A stretch of DNA of 64,000 nt from Paraspadella gotoi (lineage: Eukaryota > Animalia > Chaetognatha), in assembly GCA_051294375.1 (NCBI GenBank), contig CM119266.1:14237463-14301462 (forward strand). The letters are read 5' to 3'. The notes under the pieces were generated by a model. It ran no database searches. It had not been told where the DNA came from and saw only the letters and a program-made list of their open reading frames with translations. Both the position numbers and the translations under genes were made by a program. This document shows, piece after piece, positions 27,230-41,300 of the stretch (positions are counted from its first letter, which is position 1; each line of letters starts with the position of its first letter).

Positions 27230-28330
27230 AATCGGTTCGTACTCGAATAAAAAATAAAGACATAGCGAGACTAAATTCTAGCCACATTGGCTTTTTAAAC
27301 CGCGGTTTCGAGGACACGAAAAGTCTTCTTCCCTTAATTAAAAAAAGTTTTCCAAAAAGCAACACTTGCTCCGTCCTTTTTGCAGCAATCAGGTCTTTGC
27401 GATTCCCGCCGATAAAAATGCCGGCAAGGGTCATTGGAGAAACGACTTACCCCAAGTGCATGCACGGCCCATGTCACACACAAATGGCCGGGGCCGCCTA
27501 ATACGGGCGACGTTCCCACCGGTGGTGAGCCGCGCGTCATGACCGCCTTATACCGAGTCATATCTCAATATTTTGCAAAATTAATTTTGAAAAATCCTTT
27601 TAAGTAGTTCACGAGGGCTGATGTCGGCATCGGACTGGGAAGGACCAAAACGACTGGTCTGGTTGCAAGCCCGGCTTTACACCATGGGTACGTGATGCTT
27701 GGTATTTGTTGATTTATTCTGTTCCAAGCCCTCGACTCTTACAATCCAGAAAAAATTACAAATTCAATATCCCACTCTTTAAGAACCTACTGAACAACAA
27801 TTCGTTTCGACAAACCCGCCGGCCCGGCGCCATACGGCGCCTACAGACGGGCCCGATCACCCAGTTAACCCAACACGAGCACCTGGCAAACAAGGCGGAA
27901 CCTTACGACTACGCGTTCCTGGCGCCCGTTCCGGAGAGACCCGCGCCCGCACATACTGGGTCCTGGTCCCTGCGACGTGATGACTACCAAGACCGCAATC
28001 ATGCAGAACCGGCAAGCCTTGGCCAAGCTGAAGAAAGCGCCTCAGCTCACGCCGCGCCCTTGTCCAAGCCGAGACCAGGGCCCCCGGATGGGACGGGACG
28101 CGGGACTCTCAGTGGCTACGGCGTTCAACCCAAGAAGCACAATCGAATCTTCCCTGGTCTGCAGCCGGCGCTGCCCGGAGCACCGGTGATGGGCTAGGTC
28201 GCCGCGGCGTACCCATGACGGCCCCGTTTCATCGTACCGGCGGCGCCCGAATCAGTCACAGACCATCGGATACACGAAGTCCTGTACAAGAAAAGGGAAC
28301 GCCGAGGAGCTCGTTCATTGGACTGAGAGG
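27230..28330 (+). other. Redundant, insertion-error-rich copy B of the ODF3-like 5' exons (probably an uncorrected read or second haplotype)
   Basis: Colinear with 24510-25540 but with many 1-2 nt insertions spread evenly through exons and introns. Confidence 0.75.
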
Positions 28331-28597
28331 TGGCACGAAGAAGGGTTAAGGAGTTAGTGGCGACGGAAATGTAATAGTTGGTGTCATAGATTTTAATTAT
28401 CGTGCGACATACCTCAGCACTGAGTGCCAAAGCTCTGGATTGATAGGATGTATGATGATGTTTTAAAAAGATATTGTAAGAGGGACCCGAGAAAGAAAAA
28501 CCTTTGTTTGCTAATTATAAATAACTACGCCGGGATCCATGGTTTAANNNNNNNNNNNNNNNNNNNNNNNNNAAAAAAAATCCAAATCCAAATCCAG

Positions 28598-28850
28598 ATG
28601 GCGAGATCCCTCAGCCCGCCACGCTACGCCCTCTCCCGCCGCCTACGACGTCCCCCCGACGACGAAGCGCGTGAAGAAGGAGTTCCCTGCTTTTTCGTTC
28701 GGCGCCTATCACTCGGGCTTCTCCCATTCGGTCCACACGCGCGAAGACGCCGAAGGGGACTGCGAAGTCTGCGTTGCCGACGACTACTGCCGCGACACGG
28801 CGCCGCCGCCTCCCGAAGATTGCCCCAAGCCCAAGTGCGCCTGGGAGTGA
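28598..28850 (+). CDS. Terminal exon of the ODF3/SHIPPO-repeat gene
   Basis: Acceptor CCAG|A completes AG|A = Arg from the 25492 donor. Reads WRDPSARHATPSPAAYDVPPTTKRVKKEFPAFSFGAYHSGFSHSVHTREDAEGDCEVCVADDYCRDTAPPPPEDCPKPKCAWE*; PSPAAY and PAFSFG are SHIPPO-type motifs. Confidence 0.8.
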
Positions 28851-31624
28851 AAGCGGGCGAGGAGCCGTGAAGAGCCGGAGAGGATCGTCAAGGAGGGCTG
28901 GGAGATGAAGAGAGAGAAATGCTGAAGGGGTCGAGAAATAATTTTGTATTCAGTAGTGACAAAATTTATTTTGATAAATGTAGTTTTAGTCGATAAAATA
29001 TTAAATACAATGAAATTGAAACAGAAGTACTCTTTTTTTGTTCGTTCGCTTATGACAACGCCTTCGTTAGCGTGGTCGGTCACAATTGGACCGTCGACAT
29101 GTCTGTCGTTTCCGCTTGTCGCTTGACGCCGTCCATACCGGCGTCGATCACACGTGTCGCCACCGCACATATGACCTCCTTCGCGGACTCTCAAGCCGCC
29201 CGTCGGCGCCAAGGCTTCACCTTTGGACGAATCCCAATTCTCAAAGTCTCACGAGCGCCTCTCCTCTCCACTTCATCGATATTGACTCAGCGAATTCGGG
29301 TCCTTCTTTTTTCTGGCTTTCTCCGTCGAACGTCGTTGTTGTTGTCGTTGTTGCTCGGGCGATATGAGGTATACGAAAGTGGGACTGGAAGGTTCTCCGT
29401 AAAGTCTAACCTGTTCATTGTCAACGTCGATTTTCTGGCACCAGGGATTACTATAATTTAAACAAGGTACAATTATGAATGTCATTCGGCCTAATGTTAT
29501 ATCGGCTTAAACCTTTATCAATATCGTGTCGTCCCTCCCTCTTTCTCCTCTTTCCTCTCTCCCTTGCTCCCACCACCCCCCCGGCTCAAGTCAATCTCCC
29601 CTTCAACGTTTCCGTCTCAGCGTTTTCTCCTCCTCGCCTCCTTTTCACGTTTCTTCCTTCCGTCTCCTTTGGGGCAAATATTTCAGAAATCTAAAAAGTT
29701 GCCATTATATTGAATTCGTGAAAGGATCTCACAACACAATAGCGCCGCCGCCTTCACCCCTGCCCTTCCCCCTGCCTTCTCCCTCCTCTTTCGAGCGCCC
29801 TTTGCGAGATGCTCTTTTTTTTCTTTCTCGGCGGCGAAGGAGAAGAAAGCGAAGAATGGCGCCGACGCCAAAGGCGACGTCTCGCGCTTGAGAAACGAGA
29901 CGAAAAAAACTAGGGGGAAAAAATAAGACCAAAGATGCGGCGAAAATGGCTCAGAGTTATTAACTTATTAGCTACTTTTAATTTACTTAAATGCTTACTA
30001 AATTAGTGTTTTTTTTGTGCCTGGATAAAGGACAAAATCTGTCGGGTCAATCTGGATCCGACTAAAATAAACCTACGAAAAATTGCCGTTGGAAAGATGC
30101 GTCGCTGCGTTCAATAATAAACTCGGAAAAGTAAATCTTGAGATGGTTTATTATTTTAGCTTTGAAAATTTGGTCGTCGTTTGTTATAGTCAAAGGGTTT
30201 GTTCGCGAGTGGGAGAAGATTCTGCAAGTTATACAAAAACTTTTACTTTCGTTACCAACTGACTCGCGTTGGAATTCTCCCTTGTTGAAAAAATATTGTA
30301 AGTGTAACAGAATATCATTAATATCGAACGAATCTTTACATCTGCCAGTAACACGGGTTTCATAGATTCAACCCGACAAATAATCTAACATCCAAGCAGG
30401 AAACCGCCCCGTATCAAGCAGAATCAAGCATCCGCAAAAACGCTTAGCTCCCATGCCAAAATTTTAAAAGGTAAAATTTCGATATTNNNNNNNNNNNNNN
30501 NNNNNNNNNNNNNNNNNNNNNNNNNNNNNNNNNNNNNNNNNNNNNNNNNNNNNNNNNNNNNNNNNNNNNNNNNNNNNNNNNNNNNNNNNNNNNNNNNNNN
30601 NNNNNNNNNNNNNNNNNNNNNNNNNNNNNNNNNNNNNNNNNNNNNNNNNNNNNNNNNNNNNNNNNNNNNNNNNNNNNNNNNNNNNNNNNNNNNNNNNNNN
30701 NNNNNNNNNNNNNNNNNNNNNNNNNNNNNNNNNNNNNNNNNNNNNNNNNNNNNNNNNNNNNNNNNNNNNNNNNNNNNNNNNNNNNNNNNNNNNNNNNNNN
30801 NNNNNNNNNNNNNNNNNNNNNNNNNNNAAAAAAAAATTACCGATGCCCGGTTGAGGAGGATTTCCGGATTTCCCAGATCCTTTTTCGTAACTTGGGTCGC
30901 TTCGTCGAATGGTCACCGAATGTAAAGAATATAGAGCTAATGTTAGTCTCTTGTGTCCGAAAGCTNNNNNNNNNNNNNNNNNNNNNNNNNNNNNNNNNNN
31001 NNNNNNNNNNNNNNNNNNNNNNNNNNNNNNNNNNNNNNNNNNNNNNNNNNNNNNNNNNNNNNNNNNNNNNNNNNNNNNNNNNNNNNNNNNNNNNNNNNNN
31101 NNNNNNNNNNNNNNNNNNNNNNNNNNNNNNNNNNNNNNNNNNNNNNNNNNNNNNNNNNNNNNNNNNNNNNNNNNNNTCTCGTAACCGAACATCCCCTCTC
31201 TCTCGTAACGCCCTCTAATCTCGAGAGGCGATCTGCCATGACATCCCGTTAATTGCACCAATGATTCAGCCAGTTTATAGATACCGATATCAGGCGGACA
31301 GAAAGAGAAGTTGCAAAGAGACNNNNNNNNNNNNNNNNNNNNNNNNNNNNNNNNNNNNNNNNNNNNNNNNNNNNNNNNNNNNNNNNNNNNNNNNNNNNNN
31401 NNNNNNNNNNNNNNNNNNNNNNNNNNNNNNNNNNNNNNNNNNNNNNNNNNNNNNNNNNNNNNNNNNNNNNNNNNNNNNNNNNNNNNNNNNNNNNNNNNNN
31501 NNNNNNNNNNNNNNNNNNNNNNNNNNNNNNNNNNNNNNNNNNNNNNNNNNNNNNNNNNNNNNNNNNNATAAAGGCGCGAGCGAGTTTCGAATATACCAAG
31601 GTAACAGAAAATCTCAGGCAGACG

Positions 31625-31712
31625 CCAATGACGTCATGCCCATTTCGGGCGATGTTTTGTTACCACGGCAACTCGGAGTGACAAGGTGGCATTTCATTGC
31701 CTCTCTGGCAAC
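31625..31712. promoter_or_regulatory. Candidate promoter: CCAAT overlapping a CRE, plus an RFX X-box
   Basis: CCAATGACGTCA (31625-31636; TGACGTCA is a perfect CRE), GTTACCACGGCAAC (31659-31672; X-box), and X-box-like TTGCCTCTCTGGCAAC (~31697-31712). An error-rich copy lies at ~32510-32650. Confidence 0.5.
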
Positions 31713-34700
31713 GCAACACCCCCCCTGCTATCTACCGCGCTCTCTGCTTCGTCTGACACCCTCTCTCGGTCTCTTCCGATCGTACTCTCTCTCTTCTCTC
31801 TCCTCGTTCTCTCTCCTCTTCTGTATCTCCTCTTTCTCCTCTCTGGTCCTGTGCCGCGGCACTGCTCACTCTTCGGTAGATCCCGAACATCCCCCTTCCC
31901 TTCCTCTTTCAGTAACGCCCATTCTAATAGATCTCGAGAGCATGCTGATTGCTGCCCAATGACGATCCCTGTTTAATTGCACAATAACAAATAAGTATTA
32001 AAAAAATTTTTATTCAGCCAGAGTTCATGTGTTCCTAATCATGACGATACCTAGACTAATATCAGGCGGACAGGTAAAGAGAATACGTTGGGTCCGAAAG
32101 AGCATATGTAGAACGATCTTAAAGGCGAAAGAAGAAAGGAAAAAGTAAGAATAGAACATAGTGACGCCAAGAAAGGAAAAAAGACCATTTAATGAAGGAA
32201 AGAAAAGAAAAGAAAAAAAGGAAAGAACTAAGAATAAAGAAGAGAAGAAAGAAAGCGTAAGAAAATAAAGCAGAAAGACAAGAAAGATTGGATGAAAGGT
32301 AATGAAAGAATGAAAGAAAGAAAGAAAGAAAGACAAGATCAGGAAGCGAGAGAGAGAGAGAGATGAGGAGAGAGAGACGAGACCAGAGACGAGAGAGGAG
32401 ACTGACTCGTAGACTGGGTCGAAGAGAGAAGACAGGAGAAGGGACGAATGAGTACAGAGAGAGAAAAAGATCGACGGGAGGAGAGTCATAGACGAGAGAA
32501 GCCTGATTACAAGCGCGCCGAGCGCAGTTTCCGAAGTATACCACAACAAGGGCCGGTAACATGCGAAGGAATCTCAGGCCAGCACGCCAATGTACGTGCG
32601 CGCATAGCCCATTCTCGGGCGAATGTTTTCGGTTATCCACGTGGCAACTGCCGGCGAGTTGACAACACGGATCTCCACACGCGGTGCGGCATTTCCATCA
32701 TGCTCTCTCTTCTAGGCCAAACGCAAAAACCTCCCCCCTTCCCGCCCGACATGTACTTCCCATACTGACAAAGCCTATCGGCGGATTGATGGACAGTAGG
32801 GAATAGGATAACGCGAGAAGACGCTCGCGGCCGCCATAGCCGATGGATTCGATGCCATTATCACGCCCGAAATTGCTGATTCTCCTTTTATTCCTGCCGA
32901 GAGAGACGAGATAGACGACAGAGGAGATGAGAATCGAGAGTAGTGGAGATGAGAGAGATGACGAAGACCCACGAGACGGACGCTGACCGAAGATGAGTGA
33001 GAGAGTAGAATGAGACTAGAGAGAATGTGAAAGAGAGACGAAGAGAAAAATNNNNNNNNNNNNNNNNNNNNNNNNNAGAGGGAGAGAAAGAGAGAGAGAG
33101 ATTTTGGCGGCCAGGCGCTAAACTTCGGCGGCGTCCGCAGGAAAAACGCGCTGGATCTTAGTAGTACGAGGGAAAGCTTGATTTATTCATGGGCGCGTAA
33201 AGGAAAAACAAGAGAGCATCTCGGAAAAGAAGCGAGGGTTAATATTATTTTTGATGTATGCGATACTGATAGTATACGTAAAACTAAAAGATTTGTGGGC
33301 CAAAATCTGGCGGTATCTATTACTAATTTATTTAAGGCTTTAGACCAGGATTGCTCTCCAAATCTCATTTGCATATTGTAGTATTTAGTGAGACCGATCG
33401 ATTGCGACGTTTGACTGCTTGATTACAAATAATTTTAAAATAGAATTTTAAAAATGCCAACGATGCCTTGCTTTTTTTTCTGAAATAAAAGAAACAATTT
33501 GACAGTTGTTGTTATAAGTCGCACAAAGTTGATAGCTCATAATATGTCGTTACAAATACAAATGCTTTCATTATATAATATATATATTCTGAAGGTATGA
33601 ATCTAGCAATGGTTAGGCTTTATGCTCTCGGCAGGGAGGTAACAACCTAACAGTTAAGAAGAGCGAAAATATATATTGGTAAGTTGATAATAGGTCTCGC
33701 AAAGACAATAAATACATAGACGGGAGGAAGTTTCGCCGTGGACGTAGTGGACCCCGAGATTCCAAGACCAAGAGTAAGCTTAATGCCGATCTCTGCGACC
33801 CTATCCTCAATTCGGGGATGAGGACATTGAGGAGGTGACGTCAAGAGATCGTAACTTACCAATCAAGAAGATTACAGATGATCATACAATCACTGTCTTT
33901 AATTTTAGTATTATTTCTTGACTTTTGAAATCATTACTCTTTAAATTCTAGAATTTTCAATTCATATCTCATTCGGACGTGCTGCAATTTAAAAAGAGTC
34001 TCAATTGTCTGGGTAGATCTTGAGCCATTGTTGAGAGAGATAGAGAACGTTTAAAAACTTAAATAAAAAATTCATAGTATAATGTGACTTTTGTTTTCTT
34101 TTTCCATTCAAACAATTTTCCACATCGCAAGATTCCATCGGAAATTTAATATCCAGCTCTCAATCAAAATCCAGCACAATCGTTCCTACCAACTACCGAG
34201 ACGTATAACTTACTAATCGAGCAAAGAGTACAGTTTCCAGGGAGAGAATCCATTACCATAAAATGCTGAGAACGAGTAAATTGGATACACGAAACAGACA
34301 GAACGGCCGACCGGACAAGAAATCATGGTTGTTTTACATATTTATTTGTTGATTAGTTCCATAATGATCAACAGTGTTGAATGGTCCAATATGGGCGAGG
34401 GGGGGCGCAGGGGCTCTCGCGCGAGTTAAGGGGAAACGTAGCGGATGAACCCCCGAACAACGCGGTAAATCCGTCAAATTGGACTTACGAAAGAGTCGAA
34501 GATAGATCTGATGTATAGAACAGATATAACTAAAAAAATATTTTTATTTAAGTTGAGAGAACTGGATGCCCTTTTGTTGAGATAAGAAAATTGAATGAAG
34601 CGAATATTTAGCACACCAATAACGTAAGCTTGATAAGAACCGATATCATACAGGTCCAGTGCAGCGGTCTTAGGCACAGCTATTAAAAAACAACAAAGAT

Positions 34701-35338
34701 TGGGAGTACAAGGATGGCATGAAGTGATTCGGGCACAAAGCGCATCGATGTGAGTTCAAGTTTCACGAGTACCGATATAGTATTTCCCGCAAAAATCACA
34801 CAGTAGTGCACCCGGGGCATGGAGAGGGGGATTGTGACGAATTTCGGACACCATGATCAAGTGTTGGGAATTCATGTAGAAATTCACAAGAAATCACACC
34901 TGTCTCATGTCTCTGCAAGTTTCTATTCCATTCCTAGTGATGTTAGGATGGGGAGCATGTGAAGGCGAACGGCCGACTACAATGGAATGCGGCCGAGATG
35001 CCTAGTGCAGATGACTTTGGCGGTTGGGAATACTCGGGGGCCCAGTGGAACGCGGCGACTATGGGTAGCGGGAGACGGTGGGACGATGTTATTGTTTAAT
35101 TCTGCGAGGGCTTGGGGGCTTAACGAGAGAAGGAGATATACGCAAGGTCATGGGCGGTTGGTATTGTAACCCGATTTTTATTATCTTCATTCNNNNNNNN
35201 NNNNNNNNNNNNNNNNNATCGTGACCAAATGACATCATCTCTTGCATTTCTCTCTTAGAGTTAGATGGAAACGGGATGAATGGCCGCTGATCGTTGGATA
35301 GCGGATGTTACGGGAAATGTTAATCGGTTACGATTCAT

Positions 35339-35381
<43 letters not shown>

Positions 35382-38300
35382 TGTCCTTTCCACCTCGCCC
35401 CCCCTAACTCATCCGAACCGCGACAGACGCGATAAGGTTGAGGACTTTATTGATGGACCGCGCGTTTACGAGGGCGGAGAAGGGGGGGGAAGGGTGAATG
35501 GAAGTCCCATCTGGGCCGAGAGATGAGCCGAGGTAACCCGATGCCGGATACACTTTACGAATCTTGGCAGACGACGACGATGAATCAACTTTTGTCTTTC
35601 ATTAATTTACTCTTCGCTTTTATCTTTCATTGGATTCCAAGGATTCCATTAATCTGCAATTGGGTCTTGGCGCGGCTTCGTCGGGACTTGCTGAAAATGT
35701 AATGTTAAATTAATATATTNNNNNNNNNNNNNNNNNNNNNNNNNNNNNNNNNNNNNNNNNNNNNNNNNNNNNNNNNNNNNNNNNNNNNNNNNNNNNNNNN
35801 NNNNNNNNNNNNNNNNNNNNNNNNNNNNNNNNNNNNNNNNNNNNNNNNNNNNNNNNNNNNNNNNNNNNNNNNNNNNNNNNNNNNNNNNNNNNNNNNNNNN
35901 NNNNNNNNNNNNGTATAACTGCCAAACCTTTTCGGACTCAGCGGTGCTTACGCCGCCTCCCGCCGCCTCCCGCCGCCTCCCGGCGTCATCCGCCCTTGCC
36001 TACCCGGCCGCCCGGCCTACGACGCCTTAACATAAGAGACTCGTAATTTCCGGCGATGGGCGAACATAACCATGCGGATGTTTGAAGTGGTCGACGATGC
36101 GGAGTGGACGGGTGGGTGGAGGATTGCGCGGGATTCGGAACGTTTTTATTTTGGCTTATTCATTTATTTAAATAGACAGAATATTATTACAATAAAATGT
36201 CAAAGTATTATACAATAAAAAATACATTATACAAAATTCATACTGTGGTCAGAATCGCCCATTCGCCGAACCTATCCGTTCGNNNNNNNNNNNNNNNNNN
36301 NNNNNNNNNCGCCGCTGCCGCGGCCACCACCGCCGCCGCTCCCGCCTTTTGTCAGACGCCAGTTTGAAAATCATAAACCAGGAGGAAAAACTGACGGGAA
36401 ACGACGTTGGCCATTTTTGCGGAGGGGAAGAGGGCATCAAAAGATCGAGACGGAAACTGGGCGCGGGGAGAGGGGAGTCGGGAGGGATGAGACGGTCGAG
36501 GGCGAGAGACGCAGGGCTGATGTCGAGACGTTTGACGTCTCCGGAGTTTTTTACAGTTTCGACGCCGCATTGTCGGATTTTGCGATGGAAATATCGATGA
36601 TAATTTTTTTATCGATGACGGTTCTATTACGGTCGTTGTCCGAACGTCTTTCCTTATTATCGACAAGTGGATACATTCCGGTTTTTATTTTTGGTTTAGC
36701 ATCATAACCAATCGATAGAGATCGATATTTATCCGTCATAATTCTGCTCGACAGTCGAGCGAAGATTGAAAAAGTGAGACTGTCACGTGACGACGAACAT
36801 CACGATCAGTGATCACGACTTGACGTAACATCGATTACAAAGTCTGCAACGTCTGAAATAGAGACGAAATAGAGACGACGACGACGACGACGACGATGTC
36901 TTCGATGAACGCGCCCCCCCTTTAATTGCCGTCCGTTCTATCGTCTCCCTCTCGTGACCCTCTCGTCTCGACCCTCTCCCCTCGCTGGCCCATCGCTGAG
37001 GTCAAAAGGGTCCGACTCGTTCNNNNNNNNNNNNNNNNNNNNNNNNNNNNNNNNNNNNNNNNNNNNNNNNNNNNNNNNNNNNNNNNNNNNNNNNNNNNNN
37101 NNNNNNNNNNNNNNNNNNNNNNNNNNNNNNNNNNNNNNNNNNNNNNNNNNNNNNNNNNNNNNNNNNNNNNNNNNNNNNNNNNNNNNNNNNNNNNNNNNNN
37201 NNNNNNNNNNNNNNNNNNNNNNNNNNNNNNNNNNNNNNNNNNNNNNNNNNNNNNNNNNNNNNNNNNNNNNNNNNNNNNNNNNNNNNNNNNNNNNNNNNNN
37301 NNNNNNNNNNNNNNNNNNNNNNNNNNNNNNNNNNNNNNNNCTATATCAAAATGACGGGAGAGATCGAGAGTGATCATAACCGGCGATTAATCACGTACCA
37401 GACGTCCGAAGACGCCGCCGAGGCCTCCACCGTCTCCACCGGTGCCGCCGACGCGACCCCTTTCTGCCGGTGCAACCCGCCGACTCGCGACCCGAGTTAC
37501 GGGGGATGGGGTCTCGACCCGTCGCCAAAATTATAGCGACAGTTTCCTCGATATTCGCCGACGATAAAAAGCGGGAGGGAATTTTGCACGTAGGAACATA
37601 ATCAATATGAATAAAAGCGACGCGCGATAATGGACGAAAAGGGGGCGTGGCTGACGGGTACGGGACGAGAGAATGGGGAAGTGGAGCGTTGAACATTGGA
37701 CAGGTTGACCGAAACTTGNNNNNNNNNNGTCTCGGACGACGTCGATAAAGAACCCGGGGCCGAAGGTGGAAGCCAGTGGGCGGCGCCGATTCGTGAGACG
37801 CCGCTGCCGAGAACCACGCCGCCTCTGCGTCAGCCGCCGCCGACGCCGCCGACGCCGGGGCTGGCATTCAGTGGACGATTAGCGATAAAAAGCGGCGCGC
37901 GATTCCCGAGGAAGGATGATGAATTGAAGAAACTGGACAAAGTGACATCCGGAGTTTGGCTCGGTTGATGTGGAGTCGGAGGAGAGAGGGTGGGTGGGTG
38001 AGTGGAAACGCGGAAGGTGGAAAGGGGAACTATTAACTAGGGAGAGTGAAGAGGATAGGAAAATAAGGGAGGAAAGAAATAAAGAAAGGAAATAAGAAAG
38101 AGAACAAAGAAAGAAAGAAAAAGGAAAGAAAGAAAGAAAGAAAGAAAGAAGAGAAGAAAGAAAGATAAGAAACAAGAAAGAAAGAAAGAAAAAGAAAAGA
38201 AAAAAAGAAAAAAAAAGTAGAAAGAAAGAAAAGAGAAAATAAAGAAAAGAAAAGAAGAAGAAAAAGAAAAAGAAATAGGAAAAGGAAAGAAGCGAAGAAT

Positions 38301-41300
38301 ATTAGGGCGAGATTACTAAGATAGGATGTAAGGAAAGAAAGTGAACGGGTCTAAGGTGGATTACGGGGACACGAAAACGGTAAAGGGACTTCGATGTTAA
38401 TGCCAACGCCAATGAAGGACGGCGGAGTGCCGTTTCCGCGGTCTTGAGAGAGATCTTTCGCGCGGATTCCAGAAAGACAGGGGGGAGAAAAAGAAAAAGA
38501 AATTTTAGAGAGAGAGGAAGAAGAAAAAAGAGAAGAAAAGGTTGAAAAATATTAAATGAATTATTAAGGTTTGGAAACCTGCTAAAAATATTGTTTTCAG
38601 ATAGCTTTCCTGCTCAAAATTGTCATAATAATCTGAAATAATGCGAAATACAGCTTTAGTACTTTAGCACTAGTTTCGGACGAGCCCTGTCCTCCCTTCG
38701 TCCCGCTCCTCCGAGCGTGAAGGCGTCGTTTGGCCGTTTGGTCGTTGTTGTTTTTCGGTTGGAGTCGTTGTTGTTGTTCTTTTCCCTCCGAAGATCCTGC
38801 AAAGTTGTTGCTTGTCTTATCTCGAAACCAATTTAGAGCGGACTTCCACGTGGCCTCGACGCGAAAGAAGGAGGGGGGAGTGAAAAGGGGGGGGCGTGGC
38901 GCCCATCTTCGAATTCCACTACGGTGCGAAAATAGAAGATTTTTTGTTTTACCGCAGAGGATGAAACAAAACAAAATACTGTAGTAACTTTTTTATGATC
39001 AAATTAATTGAACGAAAGTTTATCGAAAACATTATCGTTCGCTTATTGTGAAGTACGATTGATTTATTTCATTTTTATTTATAAACAGGGAAGTAACTTT
39101 AATAAATCTCTAAACTCACCCTAACCTTAAATCTCCTCACCCCTTCAACCCCTTTTCTCCCCCCCTCCCCCAAACTTTGAGAAAACAACCCGAAACTCAC
39201 CGCCCATTCGCTTCGTTTACCCGCCCGTCGTCTTATTCCTTTGACACCCCGGGCTGGTAAATCTTTCCCACCGCCCGCCGGGCCGGTCCGAATCGAGCCC
39301 GAAGCGAGTGGGCAGTTTTTCAATGTTCAAAGGATCCACCAAACTCGCGGAACGAAAGGGAAGAGAGGAAACGCCCACTTTCCTATTCGACCGTCTCGCA
39401 AATTTAAAAAAAAAAGTTAAAATATAACGTGTTGTGTAAATACAGAATATTATAATGTTTTATTTTTAATCGCATTGTAGTAATTCTTCGATTTAAAAAA
39501 AAAACGCATTTCCCAGAAAAGAGTTTTCCAACTCGCTCCTTCGTCCTCCTTATCTGTTTCACTTTTCAAAATCCCATTAGTCATTGAAACCTTTAATTGT
39601 TTCTGAGACGCGGGGCCCGAGTCAACTCGATAAGCGTTATCTGGTGGCGAAGTAGGATGCCGGTGGACCAAGTTTACTTACCCACCAACACCGACTAGGG
39701 ATTCCAATCGTAAGTATTTTTTTTCATTTCCTTTCCTTTTACTAGTTCAACACCAAACTAAACTAAACTAATTTCATAAAATCTAACACCCCTCTCTCTC
39801 CCAGGTAAACTCAGCTTGTTGTACGAACCTCACCTTCAAAATCCTCGCCCACTCTCTTTCCCCGAACTCACCTCCTCCCTTACCCTCTCTCCCAAGTCTC
39901 CCGTTCTCTTCCATAAAATTGAATTTATCGTCTCGAGGTCAGTGGAATCGAAGCCGTCGGCGAGGCCGCTTCTAAACAGCAGCAGGTGCAAAGGAGACGA
40001 GGAAAAAGACGACGACGACAACAACAACGACGGCGACAACNNNNNNNNNNACGACGGCGACAAAGACGTCTAGTCTGCAGGAGCAAGAATCCAGGATGCC
40101 GTCCTCCCCCTCAAACAATAATTAATTGTATTAATAGTACGTAGCAGTCAACTATTTGTTTTCTATAATGTTACGTGTAATCTGACAAAATATCGGAAAA
40201 AATAATCCACGCTGATGTTCACAGGAAAGGAATTTGGTGGAAACCAAATTTGTCCATTTGGATAAACAATAATAATTGAGGCGGAAACCAAAGGGATGAC
40301 AATGATGCAAAAAAAAGGGCGGGATTTCGTTATCAAAATAACACCGCAGGTGACAACAGCAACCGACAAAGTTGGCTCAGATTTGACTCGGATGCGACAA
40401 AGAAGGCTTGGAATTTACCATTTTTTCCCATTTTATTTCGTTAAATTCGGTTTTTTCTTGAGATTAAACTTAGCGTAAACAACAACAAAAACCCCAACGT
40501 CGACAAAGAGAGACAAAAGAAAAAACATCGAAAACAAAGGAACAGTCCGACTGGAAATAATCGAAAATCCAAACTTTAAAATCCTCAGTTTGAATAAAGG
40601 GGGGGGGAAATGAAACTAAAGGACGTCGGAAAATATATATTCGATTATTCATCTCGAATCATCGTGAAAAAAGTTAATGAGACGAAATTAATGGGAAGAA
40701 CCGACATCTGCGTCGAATTCCTCGATCACGTGACCCGTAACGCCCGTCACGCCAGCGTCACGGGGACGTCACGCCGGGAGAGGTTTTAACGCTCGATGAA
40801 CGCCGATCAAAGGAAGGACGGAAAGAAGGAAGGGAGAAGAAAGGGACGGACAGAAGAAAGAAGGTTTTAACGGCTTTCGTCTTGGAAAAGTAAAAAGAAG
40901 GAAAGAGAGAATGAAGAAACGAAAAATTATACATAGCATATTAAGTGAGAAAAAAAAATAAAGTCATTGAGTTATAAAGAAAGAAATTATAAGAGGTTGA
41001 TGGAGTGTGAAATAAAGAAGAAAAAAAAAGAAAGAATAAAAAACCCTACAGTAAAAAAGAGCGTCACCCAAAAATCGTGTTTCCAGATGTCCCGCGGATC
41101 CGGACCGCCACCCCCCGGGGGTCCTGAAAGGGGCGCAGAAACGGGGATCGTCGCTCGGATTGGTCGGCGTCAAGAACGATCAAGAAGCTGATTGGTCGAG
41201 CGTCCTCGCGAAGCCAGCGAAGAAAAGGGACAAAAGAGAAACGGAGAGCGGCACTGACGTGGAAAAGGTCGAAATCGCGAACAAATGAACAAGTCGAGAA

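Noticed and set aside
27230-28330. True ODF3 paralogue or pseudogene
   Set aside because: Differences are evenly spread single-base insertions typical of uncorrected long reads, so a redundant read or haplotype is more likely.
30464-37377. Long ORFs spanning X runs
   Set aside because: Artefacts of N gaps.
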